Shown in pieces: positions 9,754 through 18,825 of a stretch of 64,000 bases of DNA. The notes below the pieces were generated by a model. The model worked only from the letters and a program-made list of their open reading frames with translations, searched no databases and had not been told where the DNA came from. Position 1 is the stretch's first letter, and each line of letters opens with the position of its first letter. Source of the stretch: an uncultured virus (IMG/VR IMGVR_UViG_3300025676_000011) (lineage: Duplodnaviria; Heunggongvirae; Uroviricota; Caudoviricetes); IMG/VR virus record IMGVR_UViG_3300025676_000011, positions 1 through 64,000 of that record. One strand, given 5' to 3'. Both the position numbers and the translations under genes were made by a program.

Positions 9754-10323
9754 ATGAAATATCTGAAATTTTTTGAATCTTATAGAGGAACTGTATCTGT
9801 TAATAGAGATATTTTTATAAAGGTTTTATCTGATTATAGTAGTATATATGATGATGGTTTGGTTACACAATTAGAGGAATTGGGATTTGAGAGTAGTGAT
9901 GTAATTGCTGATATGATAGAAGATTCATTGAATAATGGTGATCGTATAAGTTTAGAGGCTATAACACTTTTAGTTGATGAGATATCAAGAGGTAATTCTG
10001 AGAGGAGCGCAAGTAAGTTACAGGATATTTATAATGAATGTGAATATCATTTAAATAATAGTACTGTTGATGTTATTGATAACTTGAAAGATATATTCTC
10101 TGAATATGTTGATGATAATAAAGCAATGATATATAAAACTGGTGATAAATCTGACAACCGATGTGTCGTTTTACTAAAACAGGTTGATGTTTTGTTAAAT
10201 ATCGATTTCGATGAAGTATTAAATAGGGTTAAAGAATTTGTAAACTTAAAACATATGGAATATGTTGGTAGTAAAGACCGAATTAAATTTGAGTTTTATG
10301 AAAGATATCCTGATGAAGATTAG
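9754..10323 (+). CDS. Hypothetical protein with capsid-targeting-like N-terminus
   Basis: MKYLKFFES; TATATAC upstream. Confidence 0.75.
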   Translation: MKYLKFFESYRGTVSVNRDIFIKVLSDYSSIYDDGLVTQLEELGFESSDVIADMIEDSLNNGDRISLEAITLLVDEISRGNSERSASKLQDIYNECEYHLNNSTVDVIDNLKDIFSEYVDDNKAMIYKTGDKSDNRCVVLLKQVDVLLNIDFDEVLNRVKEFVNLKHMEYVGSKDRIKFEFYERYPDED

Positions 10324-11279
10324 TTCAATATATCTCTTAACTTACCAATTATAGTCATCCCTAAAACAATAGGATCTGTGTTAGTCTCTAATTTTGACGA
10401 ATAATCTGATATTATATAATTACACTCGAATAACTTATCAACATTTTTACCTTGTTCCATAGACCATTTTATAAATGGTGTTCCTAATACTTTAATCATA
10501 CCATCTATTTTCTCAGGACCGAACATATTCATTAAGAAATGATAGATTTTTTCGTAATCCATTGATGTGTCATATATAGTCTTGTATAAATCTAACCTAA
10601 CCTTATTAGAAACATTAGATGATGATGTCGATTCTCCAGTTTTTATGTGTGTTTCAAGATCAACCATTATTTCTCTGAAATCTGGGAACTTCTTATTGAT
10701 AATAGTAACTAAACTTTCCTTTGATATTTCTTCTTCTTCTGTTGGTAATACAGTATTATTAATTCTCTTGTATATTGCTTGTTTTAGAAACTTTTCTTCT
10801 TCTAAATTCTCACAATCGAAGTTTAATCTAGGTATTCTGGATTTAATACCACCATCTATCTTATTTAAGTGATTGGTTGTTATTATAAACCTAACATTTT
10901 TACTATACTTTTCTATAAATGCTTTAAACCCATCTTGAAACTGAGCGGATGTTCTTTCAAACTCATCAAAAAATATATATTTATAATCTGATTCTGTTTC
11001 CATCATAGGTGAAAACTTACAAAAATCATCAATTTCATTTCTAAGTAAATCAATTGATGTCTCGATAGAACTATTTATTTCTAGGAATGGTTTATCCTTG
11101 GTGTATTTACCAATGAGTATTCTAGCTAAGCTGGTTTTGCCAGTTCCATAATTTCCATGAAAAATATAATTTCCATCAATTCCGTTTTCAAAATGCTTTC
11201 TGATTCTAGGTAATAGAATCACATCATCCATAGTCTTTGGACGCCATCTTTCCCATAATAATAATTTTTTTACGCTCAT
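10320..11279 (-). CDS. Sliding-clamp loader ATPase subunit (T4 gp44 / RFC-like)
   Basis: WERWRPKT, GNYGTGKT Walker A, FFDEFE Walker B, FIITTN, KSRI, FPDFR. Confidence 0.92.
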   Translation of the reverse strand: MSVKKLLLWERWRPKTMDDVILLPRIRKHFENGIDGNYIFHGNYGTGKTSLARILIGKYTKDKPFLEINSSIETSIDLLRNEIDDFCKFSPMMETESDYKYIFFDEFERTSAQFQDGFKAFIEKYSKNVRFIITTNHLNKIDGGIKSRIPRLNFDCENLEEEKFLKQAIYKRINNTVLPTEEEEISKESLVTIINKKFPDFREIMVDLETHIKTGESTSSSNVSNKVRLDLYKTIYDTSMDYEKIYHFLMNMFGPEKIDGMIKVLGTPFIKWSMEQGKNVDKLFECNYIISDYSSKLETNTDPIVLGMTIIGKLRDILN

Positions 11280-11341
11280 AACATGTATATTGATATTTTG
11301 TGATAAGTTTTGGAGAAGATTTAGTTTTTATATATACATCT

Positions 11342-12385
11342 ATGATAGGTGAAAGATTTAATATGGAGGATGTTTTCTTCCGAGATTTAACAGTTTGTGT
11401 TCTTGATACCTTAGAAGGTCAAGTTAATTGGGTTAATAGATTTTCTTCTGGGGATGTTTATGTAAAAGTACCTTTTTATTACTCATTGACGGGTGATGAG
11501 AGGTTTTTATTGGATACATTTCAGGATGATGTGGTTTCTGAAAATAGATTTGTTGAATTAAACACCGATATTATACCAAGGGGTCACATAACAATGACTG
11601 GATTTAATATTAATTCTGATGAATTCTCCAATCCTAATGTTTGGTTGAGAATGGTTGTCGAGAATGAGGTTGAGATAAGAAAGATTTTAGCTAAAGTTAG
11701 AGCAGTTCCTATTACTGTTAGTTATGATTTGGAAATATTACTTTCTAGTGAAGTAGATACGTTCAAGTGTAGTCAGGCAATAATGGATACTTTATGGTTA
11801 TATAAATTTATGTATTTTGAGCATAACTTTATGAATATAGATGCTGTTATATTAATGCCAGATGGTAATTCAATAGAAATGGCACGTGAAAAAAATATGT
11901 CTTCTGATAATAATATTAAGATGAAGGTCTCATTTGAGGTACAAACATATTATCCAGCTTTTAGAAAAGATAGATATAATGGTGTGGGTTATCCTAGGAA
12001 TTATGGTGATGGTATGACTGATTTAAATGGTCATACAATAGTAGATGGGTTTTCGGAGGGATTTGGTACTGATAACCCATCGAATTCTCCTGGACCGTTC
12101 GCGCCCGGAGGTGGTACTAATAACGTACCGAATTCTCCTTATGATTATATTGGTGGTCTAGATCCTAATATTAATACTGGTACTACACCATATGGTGCTA
12201 CTGGTAATTATACATACATTCAAAATCCTAATGGTTCCGGTGATCCTGATTATTATATCACACCTAAAAGAACTAGATGGTTTAATAATATACTAAGAGC
12301 TAGACAAAAATCTAGTATACCAATAAATAACCCAAATTCACAAGATCCTAATAATGGATCATCAGGAAATCCTTACACTCCGTAA
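11342..12385 (+). CDS. Tail terminator / sheath stabilizer (T4 gp15-like) with a Gly/Pro/Asn-rich C-terminal region
   Basis: KVPFYY...ERFL, IPRG and VPITVSYDLEI patterns. I prefer the ATG at 11342, just after TATATAC, to the track start at 11300. Confidence 0.65.
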   Translation: MIGERFNMEDVFFRDLTVCVLDTLEGQVNWVNRFSSGDVYVKVPFYYSLTGDERFLLDTFQDDVVSENRFVELNTDIIPRGHITMTGFNINSDEFSNPNVWLRMVVENEVEIRKILAKVRAVPITVSYDLEILLSSEVDTFKCSQAIMDTLWLYKFMYFEHNFMNIDAVILMPDGNSIEMAREKNMSSDNNIKMKVSFEVQTYYPAFRKDRYNGVGYPRNYGDGMTDLNGHTIVDGFSEGFGTDNPSNSPGPFAPGGGTNNVPNSPYDYIGGLDPNINTGTTPYGATGNYTYIQNPNGSGDPDYYITPKRTRWFNNILRARQKSSIPINNPNSQDPNNGSSGNPYTP

Positions 12386-12486
12386 ATATTTTACGATCTG
12401 TTAAAGGAATATATAAAAATGGTAAAAAATGACTTTTTACTATTAATATATAATAATAAGTAGAAAAAAAAATAATATTTTAAAGT

Positions 12487-13770
12487 ATGAAGAATCTTAA
12501 ACTCGAGTTGTTTAACTTCAAGAAAAATCTTTCACTTGATCAAGAAGACGTTGCACTTATTGTAGAGGGGCATATGAATGCTTGTAATGAGCATGCCGAG
12601 AAAGCAATAATTAATTCTCTTAATGAGAAATTAAGATCTTTCACGTATGATAGCGCTGTGAAGGGTCTATTGGAGAGTTTAAACGATGATATGTCAAATC
12701 ACGAACTAATATATGAATTAAAAAGTTTATATAATGTTCTTAATACCCAAAACCAAGGAGAGCTTTATAGACAACCAATTAATGTTCTTTTACAAACAAT
12801 CAATTTAGAATCTGATGAAGATAGAATGTCTAAGGTTTTGAATGAATTAGCTATTTATGACTGGGTTCCAGAAATTAAAGTATTTGTTCATAACTTAACA
12901 AAGTCTCCGGAGAAAAGAAATAACCTATTGAGTGGTGGTTCTGGTGAGTCAGTATTCACTATTGTTGAATCTGTTGAAGATGGTCACATCGCTTTAATTA
13001 AAGATTCTTGGTTCTTACTTACAGAAAATGTTATTGAAAAAACACTTTTAGAAAACCATGTTAAAAATGAAGAAGACTTAAAAAGTCTTAGAATGATTGA
13101 ATCAGCTATGAAATATGCTACTATCAGTGAAGATAGAGTTAATTTCAGAATATCTGAATATCTAACAATTGGTCTTTCTGTTAGTAAAAAAGGTGGTATC
13201 TTTATTAATGAAGATGAATTAAATGAAGAAACTACATTAGAAAGTCTTTTCTCATCTCCAATTGTTCCTATTGTTAACAAAAACTTTTACCCTATTTTAC
13301 TTGAGGTATCTCATAATATGGATAAATTTGTTGAATTGGATGTTGTTAAAAAGATTAATAACTTAATCAACCCTTATTTAGAGTGTTTTGCATTCAATTA
13401 TAAAAACACTACTTTCTTATATAGATGTGATGAGAGATATGGTAATTCATTCTTTAAGTATGAATCAGCTATCGAACTTGTTAATGAAGTAAGAAATGAA
13501 CTTAATTATGATTTGACATATTTTTATGAAAATAAATTAGATGGTGAGTTAATCATTAAGAGAAAGCTTGAAGATAAAGAAAGAGAAATCACTCTTAAAT
13601 TAGAGGATGTCAATTTCAATATTGAAAAGGTTAAAGGTTCTATACAAATGATTGGTGAATCGGAAGTTTTATCAACAGCTCTTAATAACCTAGAGAAAAG
13701 AAAAGTAAATCTTGATGGTGAATTATTGGGTATTAAAGAAGTACAATTCAAAGAAGTAACTAAACTTTAA
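12487..13770 (+). CDS. Hypothetical late protein (possible head/core structural protein)
   Basis: 427-aa ORF with late-type TATATA motif upstream and a C-terminal coiled coil. Confidence 0.6.
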   Translation: MKNLKLELFNFKKNLSLDQEDVALIVEGHMNACNEHAEKAIINSLNEKLRSFTYDSAVKGLLESLNDDMSNHELIYELKSLYNVLNTQNQGELYRQPINVLLQTINLESDEDRMSKVLNELAIYDWVPEIKVFVHNLTKSPEKRNNLLSGGSGESVFTIVESVEDGHIALIKDSWFLLTENVIEKTLLENHVKNEEDLKSLRMIESAMKYATISEDRVNFRISEYLTIGLSVSKKGGIFINEDELNEETTLESLFSSPIVPIVNKNFYPILLEVSHNMDKFVELDVVKKINNLINPYLECFAFNYKNTTFLYRCDERYGNSFFKYESAIELVNEVRNELNYDLTYFYENKLDGELIIKRKLEDKEREITLKLEDVNFNIEKVKGSIQMIGESEVLSTALNNLEKRKVNLDGELLGIKEVQFKEVTKL

Positions 13771-13788
13771 TTATAAAAAATAAATATT

Positions 13789-13820
13789 AAAAAATCCTCA
13801 AAGAAATTTGAGGATTTTTT
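13789..13820 (+). terminator. Rho-independent terminator
   Basis: AAAAATCCTCAAA...TTTGAGGATTTTTT. Confidence 0.8.
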
Positions 13821-13828
13821 GTTTATAT

Positions 13829-13854
13829 AAACTTTTCATGATTTAGTCCTATAA
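13829..13854 (+). promoter_or_regulatory. Putative middle promoter AAACT-N16-TATAA upstream of the late sigma gene
   Basis: The same bipartite motif with 15-17 nt spacing recurs upstream of several replication genes. Confidence 0.6.
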
Positions 13855-13908
13855 CATGAAAGCATGAAAGAACAAATAGAGTTCTATAAAAAAATAAATG
13901 CTAATTAA

Positions 13909-14274
13909 ATGTACTTAAATAATAAAGATTTATATGTAGAGATTATCGTATCAAAAGCCCAAGGAAGATTAACCAGATCGGCTGAAAAAATGTTAGAACT
14001 TCTAGCTAAAAAAACAATCAAAAAAATGAGATACTACTCAAATGACGACAAAATGGATTGTTATCAAAGTGGGTTGTTGGATATGTTCCAAAACTGGTTC
14101 AACTTCAATGAGGAAAAATCGGTTAATGCCTTCGCATACTTTACAGAAGTCTTCAAGAGAGGTATTGCCAAGGGTTATAATGAACTTTATAAGAAAAAAG
14201 GTGATAACGAACACAAAATAAAATTAATCTCAATAGAGGGTTCTAATGATGGTCAAGGTATTCACTCTTTGTAA
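13909..14274 (+). CDS. Late-transcription sigma factor, T4 gp55-like
   Basis: YLNNKDLY N-terminus and NFNEEKSVNAFAYFTEV region-2-like motif; short, with no region 4. Confidence 0.75.
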   Translation: MYLNNKDLYVEIIVSKAQGRLTRSAEKMLELLAKKTIKKMRYYSNDDKMDCYQSGLLDMFQNWFNFNEEKSVNAFAYFTEVFKRGIAKGYNELYKKKGDNEHKIKLISIEGSNDGQGIHSL

Positions 14275-14295
14275 TAAGTCATCAAAGGTATTCAC

Positions 14296-14379
14296 ATGTT
14301 TGGTCGGATCTCCGAATTTGAGAGAAACCAAATAAGAAAACAGAAAATAAATAAGATACTAAAAAACCCACTCAAATAA
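14296..14379 (+). CDS. 27-aa micro-protein made almost entirely of the R-x-x-K-I-N-x-I-L motif
   Basis: Not in the track. MFGRISEFERNQIRKQKINKILKNPLK lies between the sigma stop codon and the terminator. Confidence 0.5.
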   Translation: MFGRISEFERNQIRKQKINKILKNPLK

Positions 14380-14395
14380 ATGAGTGGGTTTTTTT
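14361..14395. terminator. Bidirectional Rho-independent terminator
   Basis: AAAAAACCCACTCA...TGAGTGGGTTTTTT between convergent genes. Confidence 0.85.
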
Positions 14396-14413
14396 ATTTA
14401 ATATAAATTATAT

Positions 14414-15496
14414 TTATACTGAAACTGGTACTTCACTAAATATCGTCTCTAACATTCTTTCAGTAACTTGGTATGGGTCACAATTAGAAGCTGGTCTTCT
14501 ATCTTCAAAATACCCTTTCTTATCAACAATTGATTGTGCTGGTATTCTAATACTTGTGTCTCTCGTACTGTAACCGTGTGTAAATTCGTGTATAGTTGAA
14601 GTTTCATGTTCTCCTGTCATTCTCTTATCATTCTCTAATCCATATACTGCCATGTGCTCTTTGTGAGTTTCTTTTAATTTCATAACAGCTTCATCTATTA
14701 AAGATAATCCACCTTCTTCTCTCATTTCCTTTGTTGAGAAGTTAACGTGACACCCTGATCCATTCCAATCACCAGTCATTGGCTTTGGGTGTAATGATAC
14801 AATAACATTGTATTTTTCAGCTACCCTTTCTAATAAGTATCTAGATACCCACATTTGGTCACATCCATTTAGTGGTTTCACTGGTCCAATTTGATATTCC
14901 CATTGGCCTAACATAACTTCCGCATTTACTCCTGAGATGTCTAAATCAATTTCTATACACATATTCATATGATCTTCAACTATACCTCTACCAACAACAC
15001 TATCAGATCCTATACCACAATAATAATCTCCTTGTTGTCTTGGTTCACCTTTTTCGAATCCTAATGGTAGTGCTCCATTCGTTCCAAATGGATTTCTATC
15101 TTTCTTCGTTAAAGTGTATTCTTGTTCCCATCCAAACCAAGGTAATTCATCCTTTTCGATTGTTTCGTCTATACCTAGTTCTTCGATTTTTTCTTGTAGT
15201 TTGTTTCTGTGATTACTTTCGTGTTGTGTACCATCTGGGTTTAATACCTCACAAAAAACTAATTTGTTTTGGTCACCTCTAAATGGGTCCTTAGTTATGA
15301 AAACTGGATTTAGTAAACAATCTGTATTCTTCCCCTTTCCCGCTTCTGCTTGTTTTGTTGAACTTCCATCAAATGACCACATTGAGTAGTCTTCCACTTT
15401 TAAGGAATCCTTTGTTTTAATTACTTTTGTTTTACTTCTTAGTTGTTGTGGATTTGACCCATCCAACCATATATACTCTAATTTAATATTTTGCAT
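14414..15496 (-). CDS. glnA: Glutamine synthetase type II
   Basis: EYIWLDG, LRSKT, FDGSST, GVNAEVMLGQWEYQIGP, DWNGSGCHVNFST, GYFEDRRPASNCDPY. Confidence 0.95.
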   Translation of the reverse strand: MQNIKLEYIWLDGSNPQQLRSKTKVIKTKDSLKVEDYSMWSFDGSSTKQAEAGKGKNTDCLLNPVFITKDPFRGDQNKLVFCEVLNPDGTQHESNHRNKLQEKIEELGIDETIEKDELPWFGWEQEYTLTKKDRNPFGTNGALPLGFEKGEPRQQGDYYCGIGSDSVVGRGIVEDHMNMCIEIDLDISGVNAEVMLGQWEYQIGPVKPLNGCDQMWVSRYLLERVAEKYNVIVSLHPKPMTGDWNGSGCHVNFSTKEMREEGGLSLIDEAVMKLKETHKEHMAVYGLENDKRMTGEHETSTIHEFTHGYSTRDTSIRIPAQSIVDKKGYFEDRRPASNCDPYQVTERMLETIFSEVPVSV

Positions 15497-15592
15497 AAAA
15501 ATAGTTTTTGTTTTTGTTTTTATTTTTATTTTTACTTTTTTTTTAAACTTTGTTTACTTTTTAATATAAAAAAACATATATAAAATATAATT

Positions 15593-15889
15593 ATGAATAA
15601 AGTTATTTTACAAATATGGGAAGAATCAGAGAGGGGTCAAGGATCACGGCCTGATGGTTGCTCTTTACACATTGATTTAAATAATCAAAAAAAATATGTA
15701 AAGGATTCTTATGAAGATAGAAGTGGTGATGTTCCTGATACCTATGAAAGAATTGTTGGTGATCCAATAGAGGCTTTTATTGATGATGGTTTATTTGATA
15801 TTATCAATGAAGATAAAAATGTTAGATTATTTGAAAATGAGTTAAATAATCTAATAAAAATGGAAGAAATTATAATAAATCATGATTAA
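15593..15889 (+). CDS. Hypothetical protein
   Basis: ORF track; WEESERG.G.RPDGCSLH looks like a conserved motif. Confidence 0.75.
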   Translation: MNKVILQIWEESERGQGSRPDGCSLHIDLNNQKKYVKDSYEDRSGDVPDTYERIVGDPIEAFIDDGLFDIINEDKNVRLFENELNNLIKMEEIIINHD

Positions 15890-16223
15890 TGTATTTTACA
15901 TATTACCTATTTTATTCATTTTTATGAATGTTTATCATATGCTTAAGAATAAGCAATTAGATAAGAGATTTAGAGAAAGAGATATAATTGGTATGTCAAG
16001 ATTGGATATTATATATTATTTTACTAAAATTTCATATTGGATATGGGTACCAATTGGTTTCTTTACTAATCAACCAGAACTATTCTATGTATTATTTGTT
16101 TTGGGATTTTTGAAATTTCCCACTTACCATTTTAATAAAAATATTTTCAGGATCTATAATGATATATACCCAATTTTTTCTATATCCACACTAATTACAA
16201 TTTTTTTTCATTGGTTGTTTTGA
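15882..16223 (+). CDS. Hypothetical membrane protein
   Basis: Three to four hydrophobic segments. Confidence 0.7.
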   Translation: MINVFYILPILFIFMNVYHMLKNKQLDKRFRERDIIGMSRLDIIYYFTKISYWIWVPIGFFTNQPELFYVLFVLGFLKFPTYHFNKNIFRIYNDIYPIFSISTLITIFFHWLF

Positions 16224-17056
16224 AATTCGTACCATTTTTCAATATTAATAGATTCTGATACATCAAAGTTTTTAAAATTCTTAATTCTTGGTAATCTACC
16301 TTTCCATTTTTTATTTAAAAATAATAGTTTGTTTTTATCAATTTTACAATTTTTATTCGAAATACTACCCTCATTAAAAAGGTTTATCATTTCATCCATA
16401 CTTAATGTTTTATGTTTTTTGTCAAAATTTGGATCCGGATGCGACCATCCAAATTTTACTAACCAATTTAATAAAACTTCTTTACTATATTCTTTGTAAT
16501 CCTCTGTTGTTCCATTACCAGTTCTTTTCGATAGTTTTTTATTACCTTCGAATAAAAGACCAGCATGTGTTATTTCTGGAAATTGTTTATCAGACTCAAC
16601 CTCACAAATTTTATTCCATATTATTCTTTGTTTTATTTCATTAGAAATATGATCTACACCTCTTACTATATTTGTTACGTCATAATCATAATCATCTAAT
16701 ATAGAAGAGAAGTTATAGGTTGGGAATCCATTATTTCTAAGTATAACCATTTCATAACCACCCATATCTAACACATAACCCTTTTCAGTTTTCGTTCCGA
16801 TTTTCTCAGCAACTTCTTTATATCTGTCTAATCTTTCTGATTGTCTAAATGTTATATCACTATCCAAACCAAATTTATTCATTTGATCATAGATATAATC
16901 TATCCATTCTGGTTTATTTCTTTCTTGATCGGTGTCATCAATACGTAGTATGAAAGTACCATTGTTAGCTTTAGCCATTAAATAGTTTAGCAATGCTGTT
17001 CTTAAAGTTCCTAAGTGGAATTGTCCTGTTGGTGACGGAGCTACTCTTGTTATCAT
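16208..17056 (-). CDS. Minimal glutamyl-tRNA synthetase-like protein (catalytic domain only; GluRS / GluQ-RS-like)
   Basis: TRVAPSPTG-HLGT (HIGH motif), LRIDDTD, RQSER, PTYNF, IVRGVDH, KLSKR (KMSKS motif); no anticodon-binding domain. Confidence 0.85.
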   Translation of the reverse strand: MITRVAPSPTGQFHLGTLRTALLNYLMAKANNGTFILRIDDTDQERNKPEWIDYIYDQMNKFGLDSDITFRQSERLDRYKEVAEKIGTKTEKGYVLDMGGYEMVILRNNGFPTYNFSSILDDYDYDVTNIVRGVDHISNEIKQRIIWNKICEVESDKQFPEITHAGLLFEGNKKLSKRTGNGTTEDYKEYSKEVLLNWLVKFGWSHPDPNFDKKHKTLSMDEMINLFNEGSISNKNCKIDKNKLLFLNKKWKGRLPRIKNFKNFDVSESINIEKWYEFQNNQ

Positions 17057-17111
17057 AATAATATTATTTTTACTTATTAAGTATATATTAAAAATAATAT
17101 GAGTAAATTTT

Positions 17112-17633
17112 TTAACTAAACATTTTCAAATGATCTTCTGTTATTATAATAAATTCATAACCCTTTTTATTACACCAATTTATCATAGTTTCCCATTTAT
17201 TCTTGTTCTTATATGCCATTTTTAAGTCATACTCGAAGTTTTTCAACTTTTTAGTTCCTTTTTCAGGAACACTAAGTTTACCAGCATTAAGAGCGATTAC
17301 CATATTATATTCCTTTTTAGGTTTTACTTCAACAACTACTTGTTTTAGTACACCATTTACCCTCATTTCATAATAGAAATCTACATAATACGTATGTTTT
17401 TTAACTTTAGCATCTCCATTTTCAAAATGTGTCATTTGGTAAGGTATATTTAAACATTCGGCTCCCCACATTGTTACTTGATCATTATTATCTAACCAAA
17501 ACATTATTTTCTTTTCCCAAGAACTCCTATAATAAAGTCCACGTTCAGCATTTAACTTTATCACTTTATCTTTATTTTTTGGTATATAATTACCACCATG
17601 ATATTTAGAATTATTTGGTTTCGAGTTTAACAT
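17112..17633 (-). CDS. Head completion nuclease (T4 gp4 / TnsA-like PD-(D/E)xK)
   Basis: YRSSWE, W.AE...IPY, YYVDF, VEVKP, NKNKW, F.IITE. Confidence 0.85.
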   Translation of the reverse strand: MLNSKPNNSKYHGGNYIPKNKDKVIKLNAERGLYYRSSWEKKIMFWLDNNDQVTMWGAECLNIPYQMTHFENGDAKVKKHTYYVDFYYEMRVNGVLKQVVVEVKPKKEYNMVIALNAGKLSVPEKGTKKLKNFEYDLKMAYKNKNKWETMINWCNKKGYEFIIITEDHLKMFS

Positions 17634-17672
17634 TATGATTATAATTTTTTTTATATATAAAAGAAAAATGTC

Positions 17673-18389
17673 TTGATGGGTGAATTAGCAGAAAGAGTTA
17701 AAATAAATTTATTGGTTAATGGTAATGGCATTCCGGATAACTTCAAAAATAATTCTTTATTTTTTTATAATAAATATCAAGAATCTACTAAGGAGGTTCT
17801 AGGAGTTTCTGTTACTGATATACAACCTGGAGGGTTTTATTTTATACACTATTTAGATACCTCTAGTTGGATGCAATTTTCTCCAGTTTTTGTATCTGAT
17901 TATAAGAAATTCTCAAATAAAATTATTATATTTGCTATCAACTTTAACTTTATACCTATTGAGGTTAGAACATTGTTATTTGATCAGTATGTTAGTGAAC
18001 AAGACTTTGAGAATGATGCTTTATTAAAAGTTGATTATAAAGGTGTTTATGATAAATTAAGAGATTTGGGTTTTGAATATGCTATGGTGGAGTATGATGC
18101 TTCAAGAGTTAAATTAGTACATAAAATAGAATTAGACCTATTACCAAGATTTTTATATTCACAACATCCTAAAAATATTTATGACCCTAAGAAGTTAATA
18201 CAAATATGGGATGCTAAGATAGCTAATAGGGATGAGAGACATAAAGAAATGATGATGGCTAGTATAGATGAATTCTTTGATATAAATAATGATATATCGG
18301 AGAAGTATGGTGTTCTTAGAAACCACGTTTCTAGAATACGAAATAATATGAAGAAGTATGGACCGGGAGGTTCTAACACATGGACTTAA
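17673..18389 (+). CDS. Possible DNA end protector (T4 gp2-like)
   Basis: FSPVF and AINFNFIP motifs; divergent from the gp4-like gene and close to portal. Confidence 0.5.
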   Translation: MMGELAERVKINLLVNGNGIPDNFKNNSLFFYNKYQESTKEVLGVSVTDIQPGGFYFIHYLDTSSWMQFSPVFVSDYKKFSNKIIIFAINFNFIPIEVRTLLFDQYVSEQDFENDALLKVDYKGVYDKLRDLGFEYAMVEYDASRVKLVHKIELDLLPRFLYSQHPKNIYDPKKLIQIWDAKIANRDERHKEMMMASIDEFFDINNDISEKYGVLRNHVSRIRNNMKKYGPGGSNTWT

Positions 18390-18401
18390 AAAATAATAAT
18401 A

Positions 18402-18752
18402 ATGAGAATTTTCAGAAAAAGTAAAAAAGAACTTAGTGGTGATGTAAAACCTATGGGTATTAAATATACAATAGAAAGACCAAGTGAGTCTGATATTGCT
18501 AACTTACAGAGGCAAAGAGAAAATATGAAAAAGCCAATTACTAATAAGGTTGATAAGATGATTTTACAGGATATTTCGGATAGATTATATGGTCCTGATT
18601 CTGATGATTATATTAAATCGTTGAATAAATTGAATAAATTATTTAAACCTAGAGCTGGAAAATCATGTAATGATTTCTTTGATCCAGATATAGTGGAGAA
18701 TGTCAAGAAAAACCAGAAAAAAATAAATGAAATAATAAAACACGAGTCTTAG
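18402..18752 (+). CDS. Hypothetical protein
   Basis: ORF track; followed by a terminator. Confidence 0.7.
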   Translation: MRIFRKSKKELSGDVKPMGIKYTIERPSESDIANLQRQRENMKKPITNKVDKMILQDISDRLYGPDSDDYIKSLNKLNKLFKPRAGKSCNDFFDPDIVENVKKNQKKINEIIKHES

Positions 18753-18765
18753 CTCGTGTTTTTTT
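18737..18765 (+). terminator. Rho-independent terminator
   Basis: AAAACACGAG...CTCGTGTTTTTTT. Confidence 0.8.
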
Positions 18766-18825
18766 GTTACAGGAGGTAGGTGTTAAAATTAATATATAAC
18801 TTAAATTTTTAAATTATTTTAATAT

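Noticed and set aside
17112..17633. TnsA transposase of a Tn7-like element
   Set aside because: No tnsB/tnsC or terminal repeats; the context beside gp2-like and portal genes fits the gp4 head completion nuclease.
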